24,000 nucleotides of DNA from Methanomicrobiaceae archaeon (GTDB taxonomy: Archaea; Halobacteriota; Methanomicrobia; Methanomicrobiales; Methanomicrobiaceae): assembly GCA_016937345.1 (NCBI GenBank), contig JAFGWE010000009.1, positions 57,697 through 81,696 of the forward strand, in the 5' to 3' direction. Shown in pieces: positions 7,857 through 15,199 of this stretch. Each line of letters begins with the position of its first letter. Position 1 is the first letter of the stretch. The notes under the pieces are model-generated. The model had not been told where the DNA came from, made no database searches, and saw only the letters and a program-made list of their open reading frames with translations. The translations under genes and the position numbers were made by a program.

Positions 7857-8566
7857 CAAAGGTTGCAACCCATTATGATCATGTAGCAGATGTTTACGAT
7901 AAACACTATGATCAGAGGCAGGGCAAAATATACTACGGGCACATATGTTCAAGCGTTTCGAAAAATCTCCCAAAAGGTGCAAAACTTCTTGATCTCGGAT
8001 GCGGCACCGGACTTTTCATGCAGAGGTACCTAAAGACAGGAGGAGAGGTCTTCGGATTTGATATCAGCAAAGGAATGATAAAAAAAGCAAAAATCCGAAA
8101 TAACTCAGAAGTTGCAGTAGGAAATGCCGAGGTTCTTCCATTCAGAGACAATACTTTCGACTGCATATCAAGTATTCTTGCTTTTTCATACCTTCAATAT
8201 CCTGAAAATATGCTTTATGAGGCATATCGGGTACTAAAACCAGGCGGTTCGATCTCAATATGCACACTTGGCAGAAATGTGTTCACTGCTATTGTTCCTG
8301 CAGCATACAGAATAGGAGAAAAACTCAGAGTCAACAGAGTTGGTGTTGGCAGTTTTGGCGAACACTACTACAGGGAAGAAGAGATTTATACCCTCTTTTC
8401 AGAAACAGGATTTACAGATTTATCAGTGGAAAGACGTTCATTTGCCCATGTGGATCTAAAACCGCCCCTTTATTCATTGACAAAAAAAATGGAGCCTTTA
8501 ATTGAGGACAAATTACCGTATCTGGCTTTCAATATATGTGCGGCAGGAAAAAAACCGGAAAAATAA
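7853..8566 (+). CDS. Class I SAM-dependent methyltransferase (type 11 / UbiE-like); start codon unresolved
   Basis: The ORF track begins at ATG 8018. The same frame is open from 7853 and there encodes LTKVATHYDHVADVYDKHYD...GAKLLDLGCGTGLF, a typical N-terminus plus SAM motif I (DLGCGTG at 7991-8011). No in-frame ATG, GTG or TTG occurs between 7853 and 8018. CTG at 7853 overlaps the upstream TGA (cTGA). Confidence 0.55.
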   Translation: MTKVATHYDHVADVYDKHYDQRQGKIYYGHICSSVSKNLPKGAKLLDLGCGTGLFMQRYLKTGGEVFGFDISKGMIKKAKIRNNSEVAVGNAEVLPFRDNTFDCISSILAFSYLQYPENMLYEAYRVLKPGGSISICTLGRNVFTAIVPAAYRIGEKLRVNRVGVGSFGEHYYREEEIYTLFSETGFTDLSVERRSFAHVDLKPPLYSLTKKMEPLIEDKLPYLAFNICAAGKKPEK

Positions 8567-8573
8567 TTTTTTT
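8567..8573 (+). terminator. T7 tract immediately after the methyltransferase stop, ending the plus-strand gene run
   Basis: The sequence TAA-TTTTTTT-G lies in a 54-nt gap between convergent genes. Confidence 0.45.
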
Positions 8574-8620
8574 GTTTAAGAAAAACATTTTTACTCCTTA
8601 CTGCCTGTGTGAGTTTTCAT

Positions 8621-9946
8621 TTAATAACGCTTTTTTAATATCTCAATAACCCGCATCTTCTTCTCAACTGCTGCGTCTGCCGATAACTCTACCTGCCTTT
8701 TCATCTCATCAAAGTCACGCCTTGATTTGTCAACAACCTTTTTAACAGGGGTATACGCGGATTCCCTGAAACTGGGAACAAATTCTTTTAATTCCCCATT
8801 TATTTGTATCTTTGAATCTGAAGGCCCCTCAACCACATATCCAACTTTTTTCATAACAATACCTGCGGATTTTACAACATCAATAATTTTTTCTGCTGCC
8901 TGTGGCGGTGCTACGACTAAAAGGGCATCCAGTGATACACCGAGATAGTCGATATCTAAGGCATCAAGCATTTTAAGCACTTCAGGTTCAACAAGACTTC
9001 TCAGGTTCTCCTCTTCAATTACTATGCGGCATTTAGCAGTCTCTGCCATCTCATAAACATCGCCGCGAAGCCCTCCGTTTGTGACATCAGTCATTGAATG
9101 AATCTCACAAAGAACATCGCTTGCCAGTATTGCCTCACATGCTTTTAAAAATGACAGATTTATAGTCTTCTCAACAACACCGGGATAACCGGAATAAATT
9201 GCAGCTGTTGCGATTGTGCCCCCTCCGGCACCCTCGGTCATTAAAAGAACATCTCCGGGCTTTGTGGCAGATCGTTTGGTGAGATGCTCAGCAACACCTA
9301 CCGCACCGACACATCCTGTCATACGATCACCTAAAACCATGTCTCCGCCTATTCTGAGGGTTGAACCTGACACAAGAGGGACATTCATCATCTCACTTAC
9401 AACCGATATTCCTGCCGTGTAATCAAACAGTTTGGAAACATCGCCGTCATCTGCAACATGTATATCAGATATCAGGGCAACGGGCTTTGCACCCATTACG
9501 TATGCATCCCTAAGTGTTGCTCTTGTTACATGAAATCCCGCAAGAAAAGGAAAATCAGATAGTCTTGAGTGCATTCCGTCAACGGTTGTAATGATATACC
9601 GGCCGCCGGCCTGGACAACCCCTGCATCATCCATATCATCCACACCGACATCAGCATTGCTCGTGCCGATAATTTTTGGAAACTGCCGGTGAGCAAAAAA
9701 ATCCCCCGTGCCTCTTGAACCGACACCGAACTCTCCCATCTTTACACCTGATTTTTTATATGAAAAAAAGTCGCCGCTGTGACCGGAGGAGTTCTTTACC
9801 TCCTGAAGTACTGCCCGGGCAAATCTGAGTGCATAATCAGGGTTACAGTCTTTAATCTCAAGAATATTTTCTTTTAATTTTTTTACTATTGTTTCTTCAT
9901 CCGCACCACGGGCTATCTCCCGCCGGGCGAATTCCTCTACATCCAT
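8621..9946 (-). CDS. AIR-synthase-related protein (PurM/ThiL/HypE/SelD superfamily), specific function unknown
   Basis: 441 aa. It has the PurM-superfamily N-domain motif VGVDDMDDAGVV...TTVDGMHS, plus GSRGTGDFFAHRQ and a later GAGGGTIATAA. It carries helical extensions of about 70 aa (N-terminal) and about 50 aa (C-terminal). Confidence 0.6.
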   Translation of the reverse strand: MDVEEFARREIARGADEETIVKKLKENILEIKDCNPDYALRFARAVLQEVKNSSGHSGDFFSYKKSGVKMGEFGVGSRGTGDFFAHRQFPKIIGTSNADVGVDDMDDAGVVQAGGRYIITTVDGMHSRLSDFPFLAGFHVTRATLRDAYVMGAKPVALISDIHVADDGDVSKLFDYTAGISVVSEMMNVPLVSGSTLRIGGDMVLGDRMTGCVGAVGVAEHLTKRSATKPGDVLLMTEGAGGGTIATAAIYSGYPGVVEKTINLSFLKACEAILASDVLCEIHSMTDVTNGGLRGDVYEMAETAKCRIVIEEENLRSLVEPEVLKMLDALDIDYLGVSLDALLVVAPPQAAEKIIDVVKSAGIVMKKVGYVVEGPSDSKIQINGELKEFVPSFRESAYTPVKKVVDKSRRDFDEMKRQVELSADAAVEKKMRVIEILKKRY

Positions 9947-10050
9947 ACATATTGTTACATGTAATATACAAAAAAGATGCTAAAATTTCAAAAGCAAAAT
10001 CAGGAATTTATCAATTAATTTCAACATGAATCAGAAAAATACCTAATTGT

Positions 10051-10881
10051 ATGAAAGAGGCGCAGATGCCCTGTGCATGCACAATCGCAGGTCTGGACTC
10101 AGGAGGAGGTGCAGGGATAACAGCTGATATTAAGACCTTTTCAGCGTTTGGAGTATGGGGGTGTTCTGTTGTAACTTCAGTTACTGCACAGAACCCTACA
10201 AGGGTTGCAGGATTCTGGAATCTGAAACCTGATGCGGTATCTCTACAGATTGCGGCAGTTTTGGAAGATTTCTCCATATCGGCATTCAAAACAGGTATGC
10301 TTCCAACACAGGAGATAATTTTGGCTGTTATTAACTCAGTACCGGAAGATATTCCTCTTGTCACAGACCCGGTCATAGTATCAACAAGCGGAAAGAAACT
10401 TATCGACAAAAATGCATTTACTGCCCTTAAAGACCTTCTTTTGCCACGCTGTACAATTTTAACTCCAAACATTCCCGAAGCCTGCGCCATATCAGGCATT
10501 GAAAAAATATCCTGTGAAGAAGAGATTATTAAAGCAGGCGAGATTCTTCTTTCTCTTGGAGCAGAGAATGTTCTTATCAAAGGCGGGCATCTGAAAGGAA
10601 GTCTTTCTGAAGACTATCTTTTCTCAGATAAAGGCATGATTAAATTTTCAGGCAAAAGAGTGCCCTATCAAATCCATGGCTCAGGATGTTCTTTATCATC
10701 AGCAATAGCTGCAGGTCTTTCTAAGAAAAACAGTGTTGAAAATTCATGCGGGGATGCAAAAAGATTCATTGAAGAGTCCATAAAACATGCATATCAATCT
10801 AAAAGCGGCCTTTACAGCATCAATCCCACTCAGGTAAAAACCAGTTATCCAAATAATAAACATTATATCTCCAAAGATTAG
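10051..10881 (+). CDS. thiD: Hydroxymethylpyrimidine / phosphomethylpyrimidine kinase
   Basis: 276 aa. It has TIAGLDSGGGAGITADIKTF (ThiD signature), FKTGML, and the ribokinase-family anion hole KGGH...GSGCSLSSAIAAGL. The start could instead be the ATG at 10066. Confidence 0.8.
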   Translation: MKEAQMPCACTIAGLDSGGGAGITADIKTFSAFGVWGCSVVTSVTAQNPTRVAGFWNLKPDAVSLQIAAVLEDFSISAFKTGMLPTQEIILAVINSVPEDIPLVTDPVIVSTSGKKLIDKNAFTALKDLLLPRCTILTPNIPEACAISGIEKISCEEEIIKAGEILLSLGAENVLIKGGHLKGSLSEDYLFSDKGMIKFSGKRVPYQIHGSGCSLSSAIAAGLSKKNSVENSCGDAKRFIEESIKHAYQSKSGLYSINPTQVKTSYPNNKHYISKD

Positions 10882-10900
10882 ATTAAAAAAAACGGGTAAG

Positions 10901-11368
10901 ATGTTGGATAACGTAGATAATGCAATTTTAAGTGAACTGGCTAAAGACGGCAGAACGTCTATGGCAGATCTTGGGAAAAAACTCAATATAGCGCCTTCAA
11001 CAGTTTTCAAAAGGATTGAAAAGTTAAAGTCAAACGGGATCATTCAGCGTTTTACAATTGTTGTAAATCCCGAATTTTTTAAAAATTCTATCATTGTCTT
11101 TCTTTCAATCTCGGTTGATCCTTTACAAAAATCAAATGTTGAACATTTCCTTTTGAGAATGGATCATATTCTGGAGGTTTATGAGACCCTTGAACCAAGT
11201 GACTTTCTTGCAAAAGCCCGTGTTCATGAGATTGCAGAGCTTAAATCCGACATCCTGATACCTTTAAGCGAGCTTACAGGAGTCCGGGATATCAAACCAA
11301 TTCTGACGGTGAAAAAAGTAAAAGAACAATTCTGGAATATGGAGGAGTACGATTTACATGGAAATTGA
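10901..11368 (+). CDS. Lrp/AsnC-family transcriptional regulator
   Basis: 155 aa. The N-terminal HTH reads LDNVDNAILSELAKDGRTSMADLGKKLNIAPSTVFKRIEKLKSNGII, and a RAM-like C-terminal domain follows. It lies 19 nt downstream of thiD. Confidence 0.75.
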   Translation: MLDNVDNAILSELAKDGRTSMADLGKKLNIAPSTVFKRIEKLKSNGIIQRFTIVVNPEFFKNSIIVFLSISVDPLQKSNVEHFLLRMDHILEVYETLEPSDFLAKARVHEIAELKSDILIPLSELTGVRDIKPILTVKKVKEQFWNMEEYDLHGN

Positions 11369-11636
11369 AATGATGCAGCAGCTTCTTGCAATATTTACAC
11401 TTGCACTTGGCGGAGCTTTAATAGTATATCTTTATGATGCCAACAGAATTTTAAAGCAGAGAAGTCTCATTCTTCTGATGTACGGCCTGTTTGTTCTGAT
11501 AATCGGATTAGTATTGCCGGATATAACATCGCTTTTTACATCTGATATTTTCTGGGTATTCTGGTCAGCACTCTTCTCACGACTCCTTGCAATAATTGGT
11601 ATATGCGCAATAATATACTCAGTGTTAAGGGGCTGA
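11358..11636 (+). CDS. Small integral membrane protein (about 3 predicted TM helices), unknown function
   Basis: 92 aa with three hydrophobic stretches (LLAIFTLALGGALIVYL, LILLMYGLFVLIIGLVL, FWVFWSALFSRLLAIIGICAIIY). It overlaps the Lrp gene by 11 nt. Confidence 0.5.
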   Translation: MEIEMMQQLLAIFTLALGGALIVYLYDANRILKQRSLILLMYGLFVLIIGLVLPDITSLFTSDIFWVFWSALFSRLLAIIGICAIIYSVLRG

Positions 11637-11639
11637 TGA

Positions 11640-12080
11640 GTGATGCCGGACACCCGCTCTTTTGCGCGAGACTGGCAGCTTTTAAAACTGTCCCGTGACT
11701 GGAAACCTGCTGACAGATCTATTGAGATCTTAGACGGACTTGTGAAGGACAATGATCCTCTGATCATTGAAAAAATTGAAAAAATTGTAAATGAGATTGG
11801 AAAACACGATGCAGAGGAGATTTTACAAAGAATGCACCCAAAAATGGATATAGAAGCCATACTGGAAGGCATACTTCTTGTATCCGGAATCGCCTATGAA
11901 ACCTTTGAAGATAATGACGGCAAAAAAATAAAGATAAAAAAAGAGATGAGAAGCTCTCTTTCAAAGGTTGTCTCAGATAATAGAATCAGCGCGGCTTATA
12001 TCAGAGGCTTTATAGAAATAATTATTCCCGGTTCTGAGATAAGAGACAGAGGCGATCATTTCACTTTGGTTCGTGGATAA
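11640..12080 (+). CDS. Hypothetical protein with a possible V4R-like C-terminus
   Basis: 146 aa with a GTG/ATG start, 3 nt after the preceding stop. The C-terminal AAYIRGFIEIIIPGSEIRDRGDHFTLV loosely resembles the end of V4R (4-vinyl reductase-type) small-molecule-binding domains but lacks their Cys. This is a weak call. Confidence 0.4.
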   Translation: MMPDTRSFARDWQLLKLSRDWKPADRSIEILDGLVKDNDPLIIEKIEKIVNEIGKHDAEEILQRMHPKMDIEAILEGILLVSGIAYETFEDNDGKKIKIKKEMRSSLSKVVSDNRISAAYIRGFIEIIIPGSEIRDRGDHFTLVRG

Positions 12081-12102
12081 AAACATAATTTCATTTAATT
12101 GA

Positions 12103-12121
12103 TTTTTTTCATCAGTTTTTT
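12103..12121 (+). terminator. T7 and T6 tracts downstream of the 11640-12080 ORF
   Basis: T7 lies at 12103-12109 and T6 at 12116-12121, within 45 nt of the stop codon. Confidence 0.4.
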
Positions 12122-12223
12122 CACATCCATATTATTTCTTAATCAGACTCTTTTTGAAATATAATTTCCCCATCAAATAATTCCTCCATATTTCTTTCAA
12201 AATCGAAAATTACTCAAAACCTT

Positions 12224-12233
12224 TTTAAATAAA
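12224..12233 (+). promoter_or_regulatory. Candidate TATA box (TTTTAAATAA) for the pilin-like gene
   Basis: An AT-rich TATA-like element preceded by an A-rich BRE-like stretch (CAAAAC). It predicts a leader of about 50 nt ending in a strong Shine-Dalgarno sequence, AGGTGAT (12297-12303), before the ATG at 12309. Confidence 0.35.
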
Positions 12234-12308
12234 TGATGTTGATATACTGTTGTTAAACTAAATTTATGCCCGTCTCTTTATGGGAAGGACATGACATAGG
12301 TGATTTAA

Positions 12309-12686
12309 ATGAGATTTACAAAAGAAGAAGAGGCAGTTTCACCGGTTATAGGCGTTATCCTCATGGTCGCAATTACAGTTATCTTAGCAGCAGTAATTGC
12401 AGTGTTTGTATTTGGTCTTGCAGGAGATCTTGAGTCAAGTGCACAGAAGGATGTTAAAATTACAACAGGAACAAATTCAGCAGGAAATGTAACATATGTT
12501 GTATTTTCTGGAAAAGATGTTGGAAATATTGTTACCTTAAAGTGGTCAAATGGTACAAATACCTATTCCGCAGCTAGCCCAGCAATTGGAGACTCTAACG
12601 ACACAAAAATGATAAAAGCAGGTGAAGCTGTAACGTTTACAGCAATATTCACCGACGGAAGCTCACAGGTTGTTGCAAAATCATAA
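12309..12686 (+). CDS. Archaeal type IV pilin-like protein with a class III signal peptide (DUF1628 / Pilin_N type)
   Basis: 125 aa. The N-terminus MRFTKEEEAVSPVIGVILMVAITVILAAVIAVFVFGL is the hallmark of this family. The mature part is Ser/Thr/Gly/Asn-rich with three N-x-S/T sequons (NVT, NGT, NDT). Confidence 0.8.
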   Translation: MRFTKEEEAVSPVIGVILMVAITVILAAVIAVFVFGLAGDLESSAQKDVKITTGTNSAGNVTYVVFSGKDVGNIVTLKWSNGTNTYSAASPAIGDSNDTKMIKAGEAVTFTAIFTDGSSQVVAKS

Positions 12687-12687
12687 T

Positions 12688-12704
12688 AAAAAAATTATTT
12701 TTTT
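12688..12704. terminator. A7-TTA-T7 element between convergent genes (candidate bidirectional oligo-T terminator)
   Basis: The sequence AAAAAAATTATTTTTTT presents T7 on the plus strand after the pilin-like gene and T7 on the minus strand after the DUF447 gene. The central TTA is the DUF447 stop codon (minus-strand TAA, 12695-12697). Confidence 0.45.
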
Positions 12705-13267
12705 CTAACGATTCTATTAATACAATTTATTAAAAGCTTAATGGCTTCAAGCTCTCTTTTACCACCGCATTTTTTTATAATTGAAAAATTATGATTGATC
12801 AATTTAAAAAGATTAGGATCTTGGTGTGCTACGTACCTTGTCGCATGAACAGTTGCCTCAATAATACTATTAAAACCGCGGTTTACAGGATGAAGATTCA
12901 GTTGTACAACTTCCTCCTTCAAAGGAATAAGCTCAAAGATAAAAGACTCTTTTGTCTCCTGTAACAACTCTGCCTTAAAAAGAATCCAGGCTTCTGCAGC
13001 TTCTAACCTGAAAATAGTGATGTCCTCAAATATCTCTTCTACAAAATACTGTTTATCCAAATCCTCAAAAGCAGTCATAACAAAAATTACAGGATCATAT
13101 ACAAAATTGGCAACAAAAATCCCGTCAGAAAGAACATTTTCAACAGTATGCGAACCTTTAAAGAGCACTATTTTTAAAGAGCCGCCTCTGTTAATAATCC
13201 CTATTGGTGCGGCATTCTGCCTTGTTGTTGCAATGATCTCGTTTATTCCTTCGGTTAAGAGTCCCAT
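12695..13267 (-). CDS. DUF447-family protein (flavin-reductase-like split-barrel fold family)
   Basis: 190 aa. The N-terminus GLLTEGINEIIATTRQNAAPIGIINRGGSLKIVLFKGSHTVENV matches my recollection of DUF447 (PF04289). It overlaps the upstream CitG-like gene by 13 nt. Confidence 0.55.
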   Translation of the reverse strand: MGLLTEGINEIIATTRQNAAPIGIINRGGSLKIVLFKGSHTVENVLSDGIFVANFVYDPVIFVMTAFEDLDKQYFVEEIFEDITIFRLEAAEAWILFKAELLQETKESFIFELIPLKEEVVQLNLHPVNRGFNSIIEATVHATRYVAHQDPNLFKLINHNFSIIKKCGGKRELEAIKLLINCINRIVRKK

Positions 13268-14094
13268 TCCCAGCCCTCCATTAGTGCTATAAAAATGCCT
13301 GCAATAATAATATCAGCAGTTGACCCCGGATTTATACCTTTTTGGAGACACTGACTGTCAAACTCCTCTGCCGAAATTTCGCCTGATAAAACCCTTCCCG
13401 CCATATCCTTTGTCCAGACGGAGACATCAGGACCCAGCTTTTTTCTGACAAATGTATCCTCTTCAGAGGATAAAAGCTTAATAAAAGCACACGATACTGC
13501 TTCCTTACCACAATTTGAGTTAATTAAATAATCTGCTGCCCTTCTTGTAAGCTCAAAGCCGGATATCCATTCGCGACATACCATATCGCACTTTGATGAA
13601 TACTCCATGACATCATAAAGGGTCATGTTCTTCTCACGAAGCATATCTGTAGCAGAAGGATCATTAACATCCATCTCATCAGAATCATTCATCCGGACCT
13701 GTGTAAGGCCAAATGCCTCATAGAATAAAACAGCGTCCTCAACTGTAGTCTTTTTAATTAATTTCTTTGCACCCTCAATTCCCTTTCCGGCAATTAAGGG
13801 GATTAAAAGAATAAATGCACCAAAATGAGTGTTCCCGCCTGAATGAGTGTTTGTAAGGGATACAGAGTCATAAATAAGACTCCCTATCCCTTCGTTTTCT
13901 CCCAGTAAAGAGTAATTTGCAGCTTTTTCAAAAGCAGGTTTTACAAGAATTGCAGATGCAAGAAAATGCTCAAGCCAGGTATCCTCATAATCGTGATACC
14001 TGTCAACGTTGCCGGGCTTTGTTTCAGCACAAACCTCAAGCATCATTGCAATTTGTGCAAGTTCAGCCGGATTTCTCTTCACCTTTGTCATCAA
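13255..14094 (-). CDS. Triphosphoribosyl-dephospho-CoA synthase (CitG)-like protein
   Basis: 279 aa. LEVCAETKPGNVDR corresponds to the CitG-family E..(T)PKPGLVD motif, and a later TNTHSGGNTHFGAFILLIPL also fits. It overlaps the upstream gene by 32 nt if the first ATG is used. Confidence 0.6.
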   Translation of the reverse strand: MMTKVKRNPAELAQIAMMLEVCAETKPGNVDRYHDYEDTWLEHFLASAILVKPAFEKAANYSLLGENEGIGSLIYDSVSLTNTHSGGNTHFGAFILLIPLIAGKGIEGAKKLIKKTTVEDAVLFYEAFGLTQVRMNDSDEMDVNDPSATDMLREKNMTLYDVMEYSSKCDMVCREWISGFELTRRAADYLINSNCGKEAVSCAFIKLLSSEEDTFVRKKLGPDVSVWTKDMAGRVLSGEISAEEFDSQCLQKGINPGSTADIIIAGIFIALMEGWEWDS

Positions 14095-15199
14095 ATACCT
14101 TCTTTAATATTTTTTCTGACAGCCGGTGCTTATAACGCATATAATCGGAATGTGTAAGGCCCTCACGCTTTAAGGACATGTCACGAAACATGCACGGAGT
14201 TGAGCTCTTACAGCACCATGCAAGGCTTCCAAAACAGGTGCTCTCACCCGATGCAAGAGGAGTATTTTCAACAAGAGAAAGTTTTAAATCATGAAACTCC
14301 TTAGGAGACATTCCAATCTTTTTTAGAGCAGGAAGCAGGGCACACTGCTTAACCGGCATACAGCAGAAAGTAAGACTTCTTATGTCTCCGCCGCGGCAAA
14401 GCTGCTTGGGTGAATTGTACCAGCCGGATTCTTCAGCATACTCTGCAATAGCCCGGTTTAGATTTTCAAGTGTTTTGTTATCCGCATTCCTTGCAAGTGA
14501 AACAATATCGGCACCATGCGAAAACATATCCTTCATTCTTTCAAACGTATTTATAGAATTATTTGCAATAATTATCAATGGACAACTGTTTCGTATCTGA
14601 CGGAGCTTTTCCGGTCCGAAGTCCATTAAATCAACATGGAGTATATCTGCACCGGCTTTCCAGATTATGCGGGCAAGAACAGAATCATCTTCTGAGACAC
14701 CCGCCCGAATCTTAACAGATACTGTTGCTCCTGCCTCTTTTAGTGCACGGATTATATCTGAAAGAGTGTCTGTATTTTTAAGAAGATACTCTCCGCTGCC
14801 GGCATTAATCATCGGTTCCTGACGGCAGTGTGCATCTATCTCATATATTACTTCATTACCAAGGGCAGAATATATATTTAAAAAAGACTTTGGAGAGGTT
14901 CCACGAAGGTTTACGCCGGGAATAAGATCTGTTCCCTTAAATTTTTGAATCTCGTTCTGCAGTGTTGATATAGGATCTTCATATTTAAACTCATGACGCC
15001 CCTCCTCTTCCATCTGTAAACTCGCGTTCATTGACGATTCGTCTATAGAGTATCCTCCGATAAACGCAATGCCTGCATTTTCCTTTCTTAACAGAGCATA
15101 TGAGGCATCTGTGATCCCTGCCATGGAAGCAAGAGCAATAGGAGTTTTTAGTGTACGACCATTTATCATCAGTTCGTACATATCATAGGAATCCATCAT
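14063..15199 (-). CDS. Methanogenesis marker 9 protein: NifR3/Dus-like TIM-barrel domain fused to an 8-Cys marker-9 domain
   Basis: 378 aa. Residues about 1-250 look like an FMN-type TIM barrel (ALASMAGITD..., EIDAHCRQ, ILHVDLMD). Residues 260-340 carry 8 Cys, including FCCMPVKQC and WCCKSSTPC. This matches the TIGRFAM description of marker domain 9 as I recall it (two [WFY]CCxxKPC-like motifs, with some members fused to a NifR3-like domain). Confidence 0.7.
   Translation of the reverse strand: MMDSYDMYELMINGRTLKTPIALASMAGITDASYALLRKENAGIAFIGGYSIDESSMNASLQMEEEGRHEFKYEDPISTLQNEIQKFKGTDLIPGVNLRGTSPKSFLNIYSALGNEVIYEIDAHCRQEPMINAGSGEYLLKNTDTLSDIIRALKEAGATVSVKIRAGVSEDDSVLARIIWKAGADILHVDLMDFGPEKLRQIRNSCPLIIIANNSINTFERMKDMFSHGADIVSLARNADNKTLENLNRAIAEYAEESGWYNSPKQLCRGGDIRSLTFCCMPVKQCALLPALKKIGMSPKEFHDLKLSLVENTPLASGESTCFGSLAWCCKSSTPCMFRDMSLKREGLTHSDYMRYKHRLSEKILKKVFDDKGEEKSG

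Noticed and set aside
9947-10050. Looked for a TPP riboswitch or other leader structure upstream of thiD.
   Set aside because: There is no CTGAGA / ACCTGATCTGGATAATGCCAGCG-like conserved core or obvious helices. The spacer is simply AT-rich promoter DNA.
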